DNA of 63,845 nt, the filler included, from Octopus bimaculoides (lineage: Eukaryota), in assembly GCF_001194135.2 (NCBI RefSeq). It is 5 parts of 4 records of this genome, joined end to end, with 100 filler letters (N's around TTAATTAATTAA, not from the genome) between each part and the next. Parts side by side here need not be neighbours in the genome. Positions count along the whole stretch, not along the records: positions 25,775 to 41,721 come from NC_068985.1; 4 more parts are not named here. The stretch is one strand, 5' to 3'. Position 1 is the stretch's first letter. Every line of letters starts with the position of its first letter. The notes beneath the pieces were generated by a model that worked only from the letters and a program-made list of their open reading frames with translations, did no database searches and was not told the DNA's origin. A program made the translations under genes and the position numbers. This document shows, piece after piece, positions 26,382 to 37,886 of the stretch.

Positions 26382-26786
26382 CTATTTCGCATCGTTCTTG
26401 TTTAATCCACTGCTTTCTTCAGTTGTAGCACCGCTGCGTTCGCTGTTCGTTTTTTCAGTTTGACTGTCAGTTTTCTTCAATTCGGACTTTTGACTCGGTT
26501 CCTGTGGTTGTTGTTGCTGTTCCTGCTGCTGTTTTGTTGCATGTGTCTCTTCTGGAATCTTTTGTTCTGTGTTCTTGTCCATATCTTTGGTTTTGTAACA
26601 AAGCTCGTACATCTGAAGGAAACTGCTTTCCAGAGTGAAAGCAAAATAGTCTGATCGCGTCTCTGAATGACTGCGAAAAGACGTCACTACAGCGACTATA
26701 TAGTCCGAATGTGGATTGTAACAAACTCCATAGCCGTCCGGTACAACGGGTCCATAGCACATGAAAGCATCCATTGTAGTAGGGAC
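26382..26786 (-). CDS. ChAT: Choline O-acetyltransferase, last coding exon
   Basis: Acceptor CTCTCCCCAG; VPTTMDAFMCYGPVVPDGYGVCYNP...LESSFLQMYELC matches the ChAT C-terminus (human [25 protein letters not shown]); stop at 26382. Confidence 0.93.
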   Translation of the reverse strand, partial: VPTTMDAFMCYGPVVPDGYGVCYNPHSDYIVAVVTSFRSHSETRSDYFAFTLESSFLQMYELCYKTKDMDKNTEQKIPEETHATKQQQEQQQQPQEPSQKSELKKTDSQTEKTNSERSGATTEESSGLNKNDAK

Positions 26787-26854
26787 CTGGGGAGAGATAT
26801 AAAAATTATGAATGGATGTTTTAAAAGTATAATGTGAGAAAAAAGAAGTCTATA

Positions 26855-27423
26855 GGCGTAGGAATGGCTGTGTGGTAAGTAGTTTGGTTACGAACCACAT
26901 GGTTCCGGGTTCAGTCCCACTGTGTGGCACCTTAGGCAAGTGTCTTCTTCTATAGCCGTGGGCCGACCAAAGCCTTGTGAGTGGATTTGGTAGACGGAAA
27001 CTGAAAGAAGCCCGTCGTATATATGTATATATATATATGTGTGTGTGTGTATATGTTTGTGTATANNNNNNNNNNNNNNNNNNNNNNNNNNNNNNNNNNN
27101 NNNNNNNNNNNNNNNNNNNNNNNNNNNNNNNNNNNNNNNNNNNNNNNNNNNNNNNNNNNNNNNNNNNNNNNNNNNNNNNNNNNNNCGTATATATGTATGT
27201 GCGTGTGTATATGTTTTTGTGTCTGTGTTTGTCCCCCAACATCGCTTAACAACCGATGCTGGTGTGTTTACGTCCCCGTAACTTAGCGGTTCGGCAAAAG
27301 AGATCGATAGTGTAAGTACCAGGCTTACGAAGAATAAGTCCTGGGGTCGATTTGCTCGACTAAAGGCGGTGCTCCAGTATGACCACAGTCAAATGACTGA
27401 AACAAGTAAAAGAGTAAAAGAGT
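26855..27423 (+). mobile_element. SINE family A (young, CpG-intact; antisense to ChAT)
   Basis: Full head GGCGTAGGAATGGCTGTGTGG..GGGTTCAGTCC, internal (TA)(TG) tract partly in a gap, tail GTAAAAGAGTAAAAGAG. Confidence 0.92.
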
Positions 27424-27431
27424 ATCATAAA

Positions 27432-27695
27432 CCAGAAGTTCTCAATTGTAGTCCATATGGCCCTAGGGGTGGGGTCTAAGTAAGATCTTGTCGTTAAAAT
27501 TTATTGGCAATAAATTGGTTAGACTTCTACAATACACAAAATATTTTACCGAATTTTTAAAAAATACAATTCCTGGTAATATTTAATTATAAAACTATAA
27601 TATGATTTTTTGAACATCGAATGGCTAGGAGAGTCCCTCTGAGTAAAATAGGAATCTAAGGGGTCAATAGGTAAAAATGGGTTGAGAAACACTGT
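27432..27695. mobile_element. hAT-type MITE (diverged)
   Basis: Termini CAGAAGTTCTCAA / TTGAGAAACACTG; internally homologous to 28764-29025. Confidence 0.65.
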
Positions 27696-27811
27696 CTCAT
27701 GACATGATTGTTAAAGACCAGGTAAGATTAAATGAATAACGGAAGGTTGGCTTTATTAGAAGAAACATGAGTGAAAACGGTAATAATTAATTAATTATCA
27801 TAATTATCATA

Positions 27812-28226
27812 GGCGTAGGAGTGGCTGTGTGGTAAGTAGCTTGCTTACCAGCCACATGGTTCCAGGTTCAGTCGGCGCCTTGGGCAAGTGTATTCTACTA
27901 TAGCCTCGGGCCGACCAAAGCCTTGTGAGTGGATTTGGTAGACGGAAACTGAAAGAAGCCCGTCGTATATATGTATATATATATATATGTATGTGTGTGT
28001 ATATGTTTGCGTGTCTGTGTTTGTTCCCCCCACCGCACCCAGCATCGCTTGACAACCGATGCTGGTGTGTTTACGTCCCCGTAACTTAGCGGTTCGGCAA
28101 AAGAGACCGATAGAATAAGTACTAGGCTTCCAAAGAATAAGTCCTGGGGTCGATTTATTCGACTAAAGGCGGTACTCCAGCATGGCCACAGTCAAATGAC
28201 TGAAACAAATAAAAGAGTAAGAGAGT
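27812..28226 (+). mobile_element. SINE family A (young)
   Basis: Near-identical to the 29495 and 31669 copies. Confidence 0.92.
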
Positions 28227-28763
28227 ATATCTGAGGGCATAACAGACGGCACGGGCATATTAGACACAATCCCATTTCAGTAATGCATATACAAGAAAAA
28301 AGTTTTAGTGCATTAATAAAGCACTAGGTCCGAATCCAGGGTGATTTTGTTTTCACGACATTTTTTTTTCGTAAAAATGCGTCATATGTGCCTTAAAATG
28401 CAGTAATTTATGGTAATGCTGGCTTAATCGATCATGCAAAATTTGTTTAATTCTATATGCCTTCAAATATGCAAGTGGCACGTTTGGACTCGTAAATAAG
28501 CCATTCACTGTGTTTTGTCATGGAGAAAATGTCTTATTGTAGACAGAATGGTTTTACTACACCACTATCAGTTCGCAGCGCCACCTATCTAGACAATGAG
28601 ATGCAAGCATTTCGGAGTAGTTATCTCCTCTTCGGTTACAGACACTAGGCAGAGATAGTTTCTCTCAATATTTCAGTCACTGATTAGCGCTATGCGGCGA
28701 CTGACCGTATGCAAATTACGGAGGGGGAGCGCTAAGAAGTGAAGTGCATAATCCTGTCTAGAT

Positions 28764-29025
28764 CGGTGGTTTTCAACCGGGGTTCATGTGACCTTGTAGG
28801 GTCCTTTTAAGATTTTGTTGTTAAAATTTATGTGCAATAAATTGGTTATATTTGTACAATATACAAAAATGTTTAAAAAATTTTTGTACAATTTCTAATA
28901 ATATTTAATCAAAAAAACATAATAGGAGTTTTTAGACGTCGAATGGCTATGAGCGTTTCCCCTACCCCCGAATAAAATAGAAAACAAAGGGGTTCATAGG
29001 TAAAAAAAATAGCAGAGAACTACTG
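28764..29025. mobile_element. hAT (Charlie-type) MITE
   Basis: Termini CGGTGGTTTTCAA / GAGAACTACTG; near-perfect 8-bp TSD GTCTAGAT / GTCTAGAC. Confidence 0.85.
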
Positions 29026-29494
29026 GTCTAGACTCATATCCTTCACCACCGTTAAAAAACAAAGAAAATCAATCTGAATATAGCGATTGCAGTGTGGAAG
29101 AAAAATATGAGCTCAACAAGTTCTTATTCAAGAAACTGGTGATTTGTCAGCGTTTGGTGCAGGCACTAAGGTGTAACTGTACTATCATATTCAGATTTAC
29201 GGCGATGTGCTAGCGCAGCAAGGGTTTTGTTCTGAGACTGTGTGATGGGATTGTGCAGCGTGGAAAAAATTCAGAAATTAGTTATGACTAGGATCACATG
29301 ATTTTGGTTCATATAAAGTTCACTTATTCCGGTGGATGATTTGTATTCTCAGAATTCTTGTTCTGGGCTTAACTGTAAAATGAACTTTGACTCATACTTT
29401 ACCTTTACCACTGCTAAATATCAATATCTCTCACTAAAAGAAGACAAGTAAGTAAATCCGCCCAAAAATAAAAAAAAACAAAAAATCAATATGT

Positions 29495-29914
29495 CAGGAG
29501 TGGCTGTGTGGTAAGTATCTTGCTTACCGACCACATGGTTCTGGGTTCAGTCCCACTGCGTGGCACCTTGGGCAAGTGTCTTCTACTATAGCCTCGGGCC
29601 GACCAAAGCCTTGTGAGTGGATTTGGTAGACGGAAACTGAAAGAAGCCCGTCGTATATATGTATATATATGTATATGTATGTATATGTATGTGTGTGTAT
29701 ATGTTTGTGTGTCTGTGTCTGTCCCCCCAACATCGCTTGACAACCGATGCTGGTGTGTTTACGTCCCCGTAACTTAGCGGTTCGGCAAAAGAGACCGATA
29801 GAATAAGTACTAGGCTTCCAAAGAATAAGTCCTGGGGTCGATTTGCTCGACTAAAGGCGGTGCTCCAGCATGGCCGCAGTCAAATGACTGAAACAAGTAA
29901 AAGAGTAAAAGAGT
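29495..29914 (+). mobile_element. SINE family A (young), ending about 30 nt from a ChAT donor site
   Basis: Complete consensus copy. Confidence 0.92.
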
Positions 29915-29943
29915 ATGTCACTGTAAAACGAAAATATCCTTAC

Positions 29944-30081
29944 TTGGCTGGTAGATAGTGTGAAATGATTAGCCAGCTTATAGGATTCATCAGCAAATAT
30001 TTCTGGGATGGGCAGTTCTTTTTCATTGGATATTTCCCTTAATCCCATTAAATGACAGTCAACACCTTGACCGAGAATAGT
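29944..30081 (-). CDS. ChAT: Choline acetyltransferase exon (138 nt, phase 0-0)
   Basis: TILGQGVDCHLMGLREISNEKELPIPEIFADESYKLANHFTLSTSQ; AG/GT boundaries; conserved D.HL..LRE and LSTSQ motifs. Confidence 0.95.
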
Positions 30082-31282
30082 CTGAAACAAAGAAAGGAAA
30101 GAAACCAATCAGAGACAATGACCGAACAAAATAGAAACTGCAAGAGTTTTAATACAAGCTTCATGTGATGTACTCAAAGGGGAATTTTTATGGCTTAGTT
30201 GGAAGAGAGAGGGCTCATGGCTGTTTAAAGCCCCCTCTCCCTGCCGAGACAAGTGAGGACGGAAGTGGGAAAGAAAGGGAGACGCAGAGATTTCTGTAGT
30301 GGAGAGCAACAAAATATCTGGGGAGCTAATCTCGAGCCGAAGATTTTGGTCGGAATTTTTGCGATTATAACATAATTTGGACATCGAAAAATTGGTTAAT
30401 TGATTCTGTTTAGTAACAAGTTGACAGAAATACAGTATCTGCCGTTGGGATCTAAAAGCATTTTACGGATTCGGCTCTTCAGGATCCTCGTATCTGGTGT
30501 TTAGTGCTGTTGCAATTCTACTTAGGACAAGGGTTATAACTGCAACTTATATTTGGCGATATGATTTTAATGTAAAATGTCTTTTGCTTAGAATATCGCT
30601 TGTTATGAAAATATAATCTGTAAGAGGGAAAAGACGGAAAAAAGAAGGTAGATAAATAGATAGAAAGATAGAAAGATAGAGGGAGAGGGAGGGAGAAAGA
30701 GAGAGGGAGAGAGAAGGAGAGGGGAGAGAGAATAAAAAGAAAGAGGGTGTAAACAGGCAATTGTAAAGATTGGTGTTCTCATTTATAGTGAATTTGCCGC
30801 TGATTATCTGGGCAAGGCATTATACTCTTTTACTGTTACGATGAATCATAACGGCTTTGAGATGAATCGTAACGACTGGATCAGAGCAATATGGTTCTAA
30901 TGATTTGTTATTTTACTGTGAACTAGTTGACTGCCTTATACATCTATCCTCGTTTATCACGGGTGTTTGATTTAAAAAAGAGAGCACTGTGTTAAATGAA
31001 TCAGTGATAAAGAAATGATAGAACATGTTTCGTTGTATTGAGCATTGCAGATGGTCGCTGGGACGCGCTAGTGCGGGCCAAGCAAAATCTTTGACTGATC
31101 GCCGACCCGTGTTATCACAGATCACCTTGTAATAAGCGTAGAATCAAATGAGCGTACCGTGTTATCATGGATCAGTGATGAATGAAGCAGAGGAAACGAA
31201 GATAGACATACCTGACTGTTAAAAGCTGAAAAGTAAAACGTTAATTTCTCTAAAACAACAAAATACTGCTAGAACTTCTTAC

Positions 31283-31345
31283 CTGTGTCATGATTTCGGT
31301 TTGTGTTTTCATGGCTGTCCTCAAAAGACGCATTTTGTCTTCGTC
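31283..31345 (-). CDS. ChAT: Choline acetyltransferase exon (63 nt, phase 0-0)
   Basis: DEDKMRLLRTAMKTQTEIMTQ aligns with human [23 protein letters not shown]/GTAAG boundaries; in frame with both neighbours. Confidence 0.9.
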
Positions 31346-31452
31346 CTAGTTAAACAAACAAAATTAATGAATAAACAATGGTTATTTAATAATATTAAGA
31401 CTCGAAGAAATTGCATGATTTAATACAGTTTCTTGTTATTTTCATGCATAAA

Positions 31453-31850
31453 AAGGCGGCGAGCTGGTAGAATCGTTAGCATACCGGACAAAATGCTTAT
31501 CTGTATTTCGTCCGTCTTTATGTTCTGAGTTCAAATTCTGCCGAGGTCGACTTTGTCTCTCATTCTTTCGGAGTTGATAAAATAAGTACCAGTTGAGCAC
31601 TGGAGTCAAATAACCCCTCCTCCGAAATTGTGGCCCTCTGCCAAAATTTTAAATTATTATTTTGATGAAGGAGTGGCTGTGTAGTAAGTATCTTGCTTAC
31701 CAACCACATGGTTCCGGGTTCAGTTCCACTGCGTGGCACCTTAGGCAAGTGTCTTCTACTATAGCCTCGGGCCGACCAAAGCCTTGTGAGTGGATTTGGT
31801 AGACGGAAACTGACAGAAGCCTGTCGTATATATATATATATGTATGTATG

Positions 31851-31908
<58 letters not shown>

Positions 31909-32120
31909 TGTGTGTTTGTGTGTCTGTGTTTGTCCCCCCAACATTGCTTGACAACCGATGCTGGTGTGTTCACGTCCCCGTAACTTAGCGGTTCGGCAAA
32001 AAGAGAATGATAGAATAAGTACTAGGCTTACAAAGAATAAGTCCTGGGGTCGATTTGCTCGACTAAAGGCGGTGCTCCAGCATGGCCGCAGTCAAATGAC
32101 TGAAACAAGTAAAAGAGTAA
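31453..32120 (+). mobile_element. SINE family B (31453-31660) with a family A SINE (31669-32120) inserted at its ATT tail
   Basis: Consensus matches to both families. Confidence 0.85.
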
Positions 32121-33233
32121 TAAATACGTAGATCCTTATAACATTGCTACATTATGCTAACGGTTTATTGGCATCGAGGTGGCAGAATTGTTACTGTGCT
32201 AAACTAAATGTTAAGCGTATTTCATCCGTGTTTAACTTTCTGAGTTCAAATTCCGTCAAGGTCGACTTTGCCATTTATCTTTTTGCGGTCAATAAAATAA
32301 GTAACAATCGAGTACTGAGGCTGATGTAATTGAATTCTCCTCTTCTCAAAAGTGATAGTTTTGTGCCAAAATTAGAAAGAATATTTAAAGGAGACGAGGT
32401 GACAGAGCATTGGGAAAGAGGTCGACTTTACCTTTCATTATATATATATATATATNNNNNNNNNNNNNNNNNNNNNNNNNNNNNNNNNNNNNNNNNNNNN
32501 NNNNNNNNNNNNNNNNNNNNNNNNNNNNNNNNNNNNNNNNNNNNNNNNNNNNNNNNNNNNNNNNNNNNNNNNNNNNNNNNNNNNNNNNNNNNNNNNNNNN
32601 NNNNNNNNNNNNNNNNNNNNNNNNNNNNNNNNNNNNNNNNNNNNNNNNNNNNNNNNNNNNNNNNNNNNNNNNNNNNNNNNNNNNNNNNNNNNNNNNNNNN
32701 NNNNNNNNNNNNNNNNNNNNNNNNNNNTCAAAGGACATATTAACTATGTCTACTTGATGGAAATTACTGTCAAACTCTTAATTAAATCGGCAACTTAGAT
32801 AAGAGTTTTGACTGTTATTTCCAGCTAGTAGACATACTTAATATGTCCTTTGTTTAATTTTAATCTTTCAGTTATTTAATGCTTTTTGAGGCCTGCAATC
32901 GCCTGTATTATTGATTCTGCTATTATCATTTTTAATTGTTACACTAGATAATAATAGAGTCAATAATATCTTCGCAAATATTTTCTCCTGAATTATATAT
33001 TTATATATATATCGTACATATATGATATATGTGACAGACGGTGTTAGAATACCTGCTAGAAATGCAATGCTAGAAATAAGAGCTAAATTGCTCTGTGTGC
33101 GTTGACTGCAGCATCAGAGCACTTTTGCTCTTCTAGCATTGTATGTGTTCTAATACCTTGTCATATTTAATGACAATTATAGTTTTCCTTTTTGGTGATA
33201 CATTGCTAAACATCTGCTTAATTTAATTGTGTA

Positions 33234-33266
<33 letters not shown>

Positions 33267-33339
33267 GATGTGCGTGTGCATGTGGCGAGCACATAATCGG
33301 AAGTACTTTTCGTAATAAAATTTAACTAGAACTTCTTAC

Positions 33340-33478
33340 CGGAATGTTAGTTTCTCCTGTCATTGATTTGACCCATTCCAGAGCTGCAGGAGAAGCAGCA
33401 CGGATGTTGTCCACACGACCATAGCGGAATCTTCGAGTAGAAGCGCTCTCGTACGTTGAAACAAGGTGGCCATGAATT
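33340..33478 (-). CDS. ChAT: Choline acetyltransferase exon (139 nt, phase 2-0)
   Basis: [55 protein letters not shown] is the ChAT form, whereas carnitine acetyltransferase has R.F.LGRTDTIR. Upstream ChAT exons are not visible in this scaffold piece. Confidence 0.95.
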
Positions 33479-33559
33479 CTGAAAAATAACATATAAGAAT
33501 ATATACTACAGTTCTTTATTTAAGAGATGATGAATTATGTACATTATGTACATTATGTA

Positions 33560-33671
33560 CATTATTGACATTTGACGTATATTTGTCCTTAGCTTGTTTG
33601 TTGTCAACGTTGTGTTAACAGCAAACAAGATGAGGACAACTATCCGTCAAATGTAAATAATGTCAATAATG
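33560..33671. repeat. Imperfect hairpin (about 50-bp arms) just upstream of a ChAT acceptor
   Basis: CATTATTGACATTTGACGTATATTTGTCCTTAGCTTGTTTGTTGTCAAC pairs with GTTAACAGCAAACAAGATGAGGACAACTATCCGTCAAATG...TGTCAATAATG; 5-nt loop. Confidence 0.85.
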
Positions 33672-34900
33672 AAGAATATATACTGTTCTACAAGAGAGTA
33701 TTTTAAACAAAAATGTAAACAGAACTTGTCTCCAACTGGATATCATAACTGCATGGTGGATTCTCTCCTATTTTACAAATTATAATGGAAAGGACTCTAT
33801 GCTTAAGAGTTAAGCGTCTTGAATGCAGTGTATCCTAAATACTAACCAATAACCATTAGTCAATAAACTGAATCTTAGTGGCGTAGCTGGAGTGTGTGCC
33901 ACCTGGAGCAGCCCCACTACCTAATCCATCTAGGGCTAAACAATAGTGATGGCAATAACAAGGACAGGTACATTGGATAGGGTAGCCCTAGATATACAAA
34001 CAGGTGGAATGGTCACGGCTTCAAAATCTTCTCAAGCAGGGCTTGAGGAAACAACCAACATTACTTAAAACCACCTTTTTATTGCGAAGTGGACAATTAC
34101 AGTTGAAAGTAAAGTGTCTTGGCTATGGTTACAGGTAGTATATATANNNNNNNNNNNNNNNNNNNNNNNNNNNNNNNNNNNNNNNNNNNNNNNNNNNNNN
34201 NNNNNNNNNNNNNNNNNNNNNNNNNNNNNNNNNNNNNNNNNNNNNNNNNNNNNNNNNNNNNNNNNNATACTGCGGTTTGGCAAAAGAGCCCGATAATATA
34301 AGTAAAAACCATAAAAAAAAAATTTAATACTGGGGGAATTTGTTTGACTAAGATCATCTTAAGGCTGTGCCCCAGCATGGTCGCAGTCCATTGTCTGAAA
34401 CAGGTACAAGATAGAAGTTAAAAGAAGAAGAAAGAATGAATACTTCTGGTACGAAAAGACAAGGGAAATAACTAAGGAGTCAAAGTTACTGAACATGGAT
34501 TGAAAGTAGGATTTTTAGAGCTCACCAGCAGATCACGACGTTATTAATTCTGTAACTCTATATGGTGTCTTCATCACCAAAATGGAATATTTCTGAAAGT
34601 GTTGTGATGTTCATGCCTTTTCAATAACAACACGAGTGAGGCGAATTGTGAACTGAAGCTATAACATAGACTTCTCTTGCAGGCATTTTTACTTTATCTC
34701 TTGTTCTGCATAGATAAAATTCCTTTTAAGTCACAAACACACATATATACACACACACGTACACACACGCACACACACACACGCGCACACACACTTACAC
34801 TCACACACAGACATGCTCGCATACACGGATAGACATACACACATACATATACTCACACACACACACACACACACACACAAGCATGTTTGCACACGTGCGT

Positions 34901-34933
<33 letters not shown>

Positions 34934-35421
34934 TATTCGTTCATGTGCTTACTTGTGGTTGCACTTATTTTCCTGCACATGCGCATACACATTCATACAC
35001 TTACACCCCCACCCCCACACACATACACTCACACGTACACACTCAGTCACATTAATATGCTTGCACATACACACATACACACACACACATGCACACACAG
35101 AGACGAGTATGTGTTTGGATGTGTGTGCGTATACACGTACGCATGTACTCATACATCTACGCACACTCGAATAATCAGATATATTGTAATGTAAGCATGT
35201 ATCACATATGTATATACAAAACGTACATAATATGTCTGATGTTGTCTTGTAAACAATCTCGAAGTATGGAATGCCACAATCCCATAACGATGAAGAGGGT
35301 GGTGGCGGCGGAGAGGGGAATCCAAAGAGATTTTACACGGTAAAGTGCAATGGGAATAAACAAGATGTATAAGTATAAGAGAAAGAAAGAAAGAAAGAAA
35401 GAGACAGGGTGAGGGAGAAAG

Positions 35422-35453
<32 letters not shown>

Positions 35454-36291
35454 AGGGAGAGAGAGAGAGAGAGGGAGGGGGGGAAAGCTAGATGAGGATA
35501 AAAAGGAAGATATAGTGTGAAAGAGGAGAAAGGAGATAGTGCTAAGAGAAATATAGAGAGAGAAGCCAAAAACATACAGAAACGGAAATTAGTACAGAGA
35601 AGACAAAATAGGACTTAGATTATATATATATATATAACCGACCGAAACTGCAAAGATGATCTGGAACTCGTCTGAGGATAGGAAGCTCCGAATGATCCAT
35701 CCTTATTTTTTCCTGTTTTATTGTCGCCTGTTACGTTCTTGCTCCATTTTTTTGTTTTCTTTATATATATATACAATTAACAACGCAAAACAACGCCAGA
35801 TCATACATTCAAAATAAATGGAAGTGGAGAGACAAGTTACTGAAGAGATTGCAAGAGTGCAATGAAATAATTTAACAAAAAACTATATAAATTAATAAAG
35901 GATTTGAACCAGTGCGTGTGTTTATTACCGGCATAATGCCTCTCCCAAGGTTTAATTGTATTTCCTTCAACACACGTATCCACATCAAGAATCTTGCACA
36001 CGAAATACACATACGAAATATATATATATATATANNNNNNNNNNNNNNNNNNNNNNNNNNNNNNNNNNNNNNNNNNNNNNNNNNNNNNNNNNNNNNNNNN
36101 NNNNNNNNNNNNNNNNNNNNNNNNNNNNNNNNNNNNNNNNNNNNNNNNNNNNNNNNNNNNNNNNNNNNNNNNNNNNNNNNNNNNNNNNNNNNNNNNNNNN
36201 NNNNNNNNNNNNNNNNNNNNNNNNNNNNNNNNNNNNNNNNNNNNNNNNNNNNNNNNNNNNNNNNNNNNNNNNNNATATATATATATATATA

Positions 36292-36965
36292 GGCGCAGGA
36301 GTGGCTGTGTGGTAAGAAGCTTGATTCCCAACCACATGGCTTCGAGTTCAGTTCCACTGCGTAGCACCTTGGGCAAGTGTCTTCTACTATAGCCTTGGGC
36401 AGACCAAAGCCTTGAGTTTGTCCCCCACAACCATTGCTCGATAATCGATGTTGGTGTGTTTACGTCCCCATAACTTAGCAGTTCGGTAAAAGACACCAAT
36501 AGAATAAGTACTAGGCTTACAAAGAATAAGTCCTGGGATCGATTTGTTCAACTAAAGGCGGTGCTCCAGCATGGCCACAGTCAAATGACTGGAGCATGTA
36601 AAAGAAAGTATAAAATAATAAAAGGAAAAAAATATATATATAAAACACGCCTAGTGTCTCCAAGTAATCTTCAGGCTTAGTGGACTTGCTAGACGGAAAC
36701 TGAAAGAAGCCTCTCGCATATGTACATATATATGTGTGTGTGTCTGTCTGTGTGTGTTTGTGTCTGTTTTTGCTCTCATCACCGCTTGTCAACCGATGTT
36801 GGTGTGTTTACGTCCCAGTGACTTAACGGTTCGGAACAAGAGACTGATAGAATATGTACAAGGCTTAAAAAAGTACTGGGATCGATTCATTCGACTAAAA
36901 AAATTTCCAGGCGGGGTCCCAGCATGGCCGCAGTCTAATGACTGAAGCAAGTAAAAGATAAAAGA
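36292..36965 (+). mobile_element. Two family A SINEs (internally deleted 36292-36605; 5'-truncated 36675-36965)
   Basis: Consensus matches; same orientation as the other copies in the ChAT piece. Confidence 0.85.
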
Positions 36966-37839
36966 TATATATATANNNNNNNNNNNNNNNNNNNNNNNNN
37001 NNNNNNNNNNNNNNNNNNNNNNNNNNNNNNNNNNNNNNNNNNNNNNNNNNNNNNNNNNNNNNNNNNNNNNNNNNNNNNNNNNNNNNNNNNNNNNNNNNNN
37101 NNNNNNNNNNNNNNNNNNNNNNNNNNNNNNNNNNNNNNNNNNNNNNNNNNNNNNNNNNNNNNNNNNNNNNNNNNNNNNNNNNNNNNNNNNNNNNNNNNNN
37201 NNNNNNNNNNNNNNNNNNNNNNNNNNNNNNNNNNNNNNNNNNNNNNNNNNNNNNNNNNNNNNNNNNNNNNNNNNNNNNNNNNNNNNNNNNNNNNNNNNNN
37301 NNNNNNNNNNNNNNNNNNNNNNNNNNNNNNNNNNNNNNNNNNNNNNNNNNNNNNNNNNNNNNNNNNNNNNNNNNNNNNNNNNNNNNNNNNNNNNNNNNNN
37401 NNNNNNNNNNNNNNNNNNNNNNNNNNNNNNNNNNNNNNNNNNNNNNNNNNNNNNNNNNNNNNNNNNNNNNNNNNNNNNNNNNNNNNNNNNNNNNNNNNNN
37501 NNNNNNNNNNNNNNNNNNNNNNNNNNNNNNNNNNNNNNNNNNNNNNNNNNNNNNNNNNNNNNNNNNNNNNNNNNNNNNNNNNNNNNNNNNNNNNNNNNNN
37601 NNNNNNNNNNNNNNNNNNNNNNNNNNNNNNNNNNNNNNNNNNNNNNNNNNNNNNNNNNNNNNNNNNNNNNNNNNNNNNNNNNNNNNNNNNNNNNNNNNNN
37701 NNNNNNNNNNNNNNNNNNNNNNNNNNNNNNNNNNNNNNNNNNNNNNNNNNNNNNNNNNNNNNNNNNNNNNNNNNNNNNNNNNNNNNNNNNNNNNNNNNNN
37801 NNNNNNNNNNNNNNNNNNNNNNNNNNNNNNNNNNNNNNN

Positions 37840-37886
<47 letters not shown>

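Noticed and set aside
28565-28590. RE1/NRSE silencer as in the vertebrate cholinergic locus
   Set aside because: Only CAGCGCC matches, and REST is regarded as chordate-restricted.
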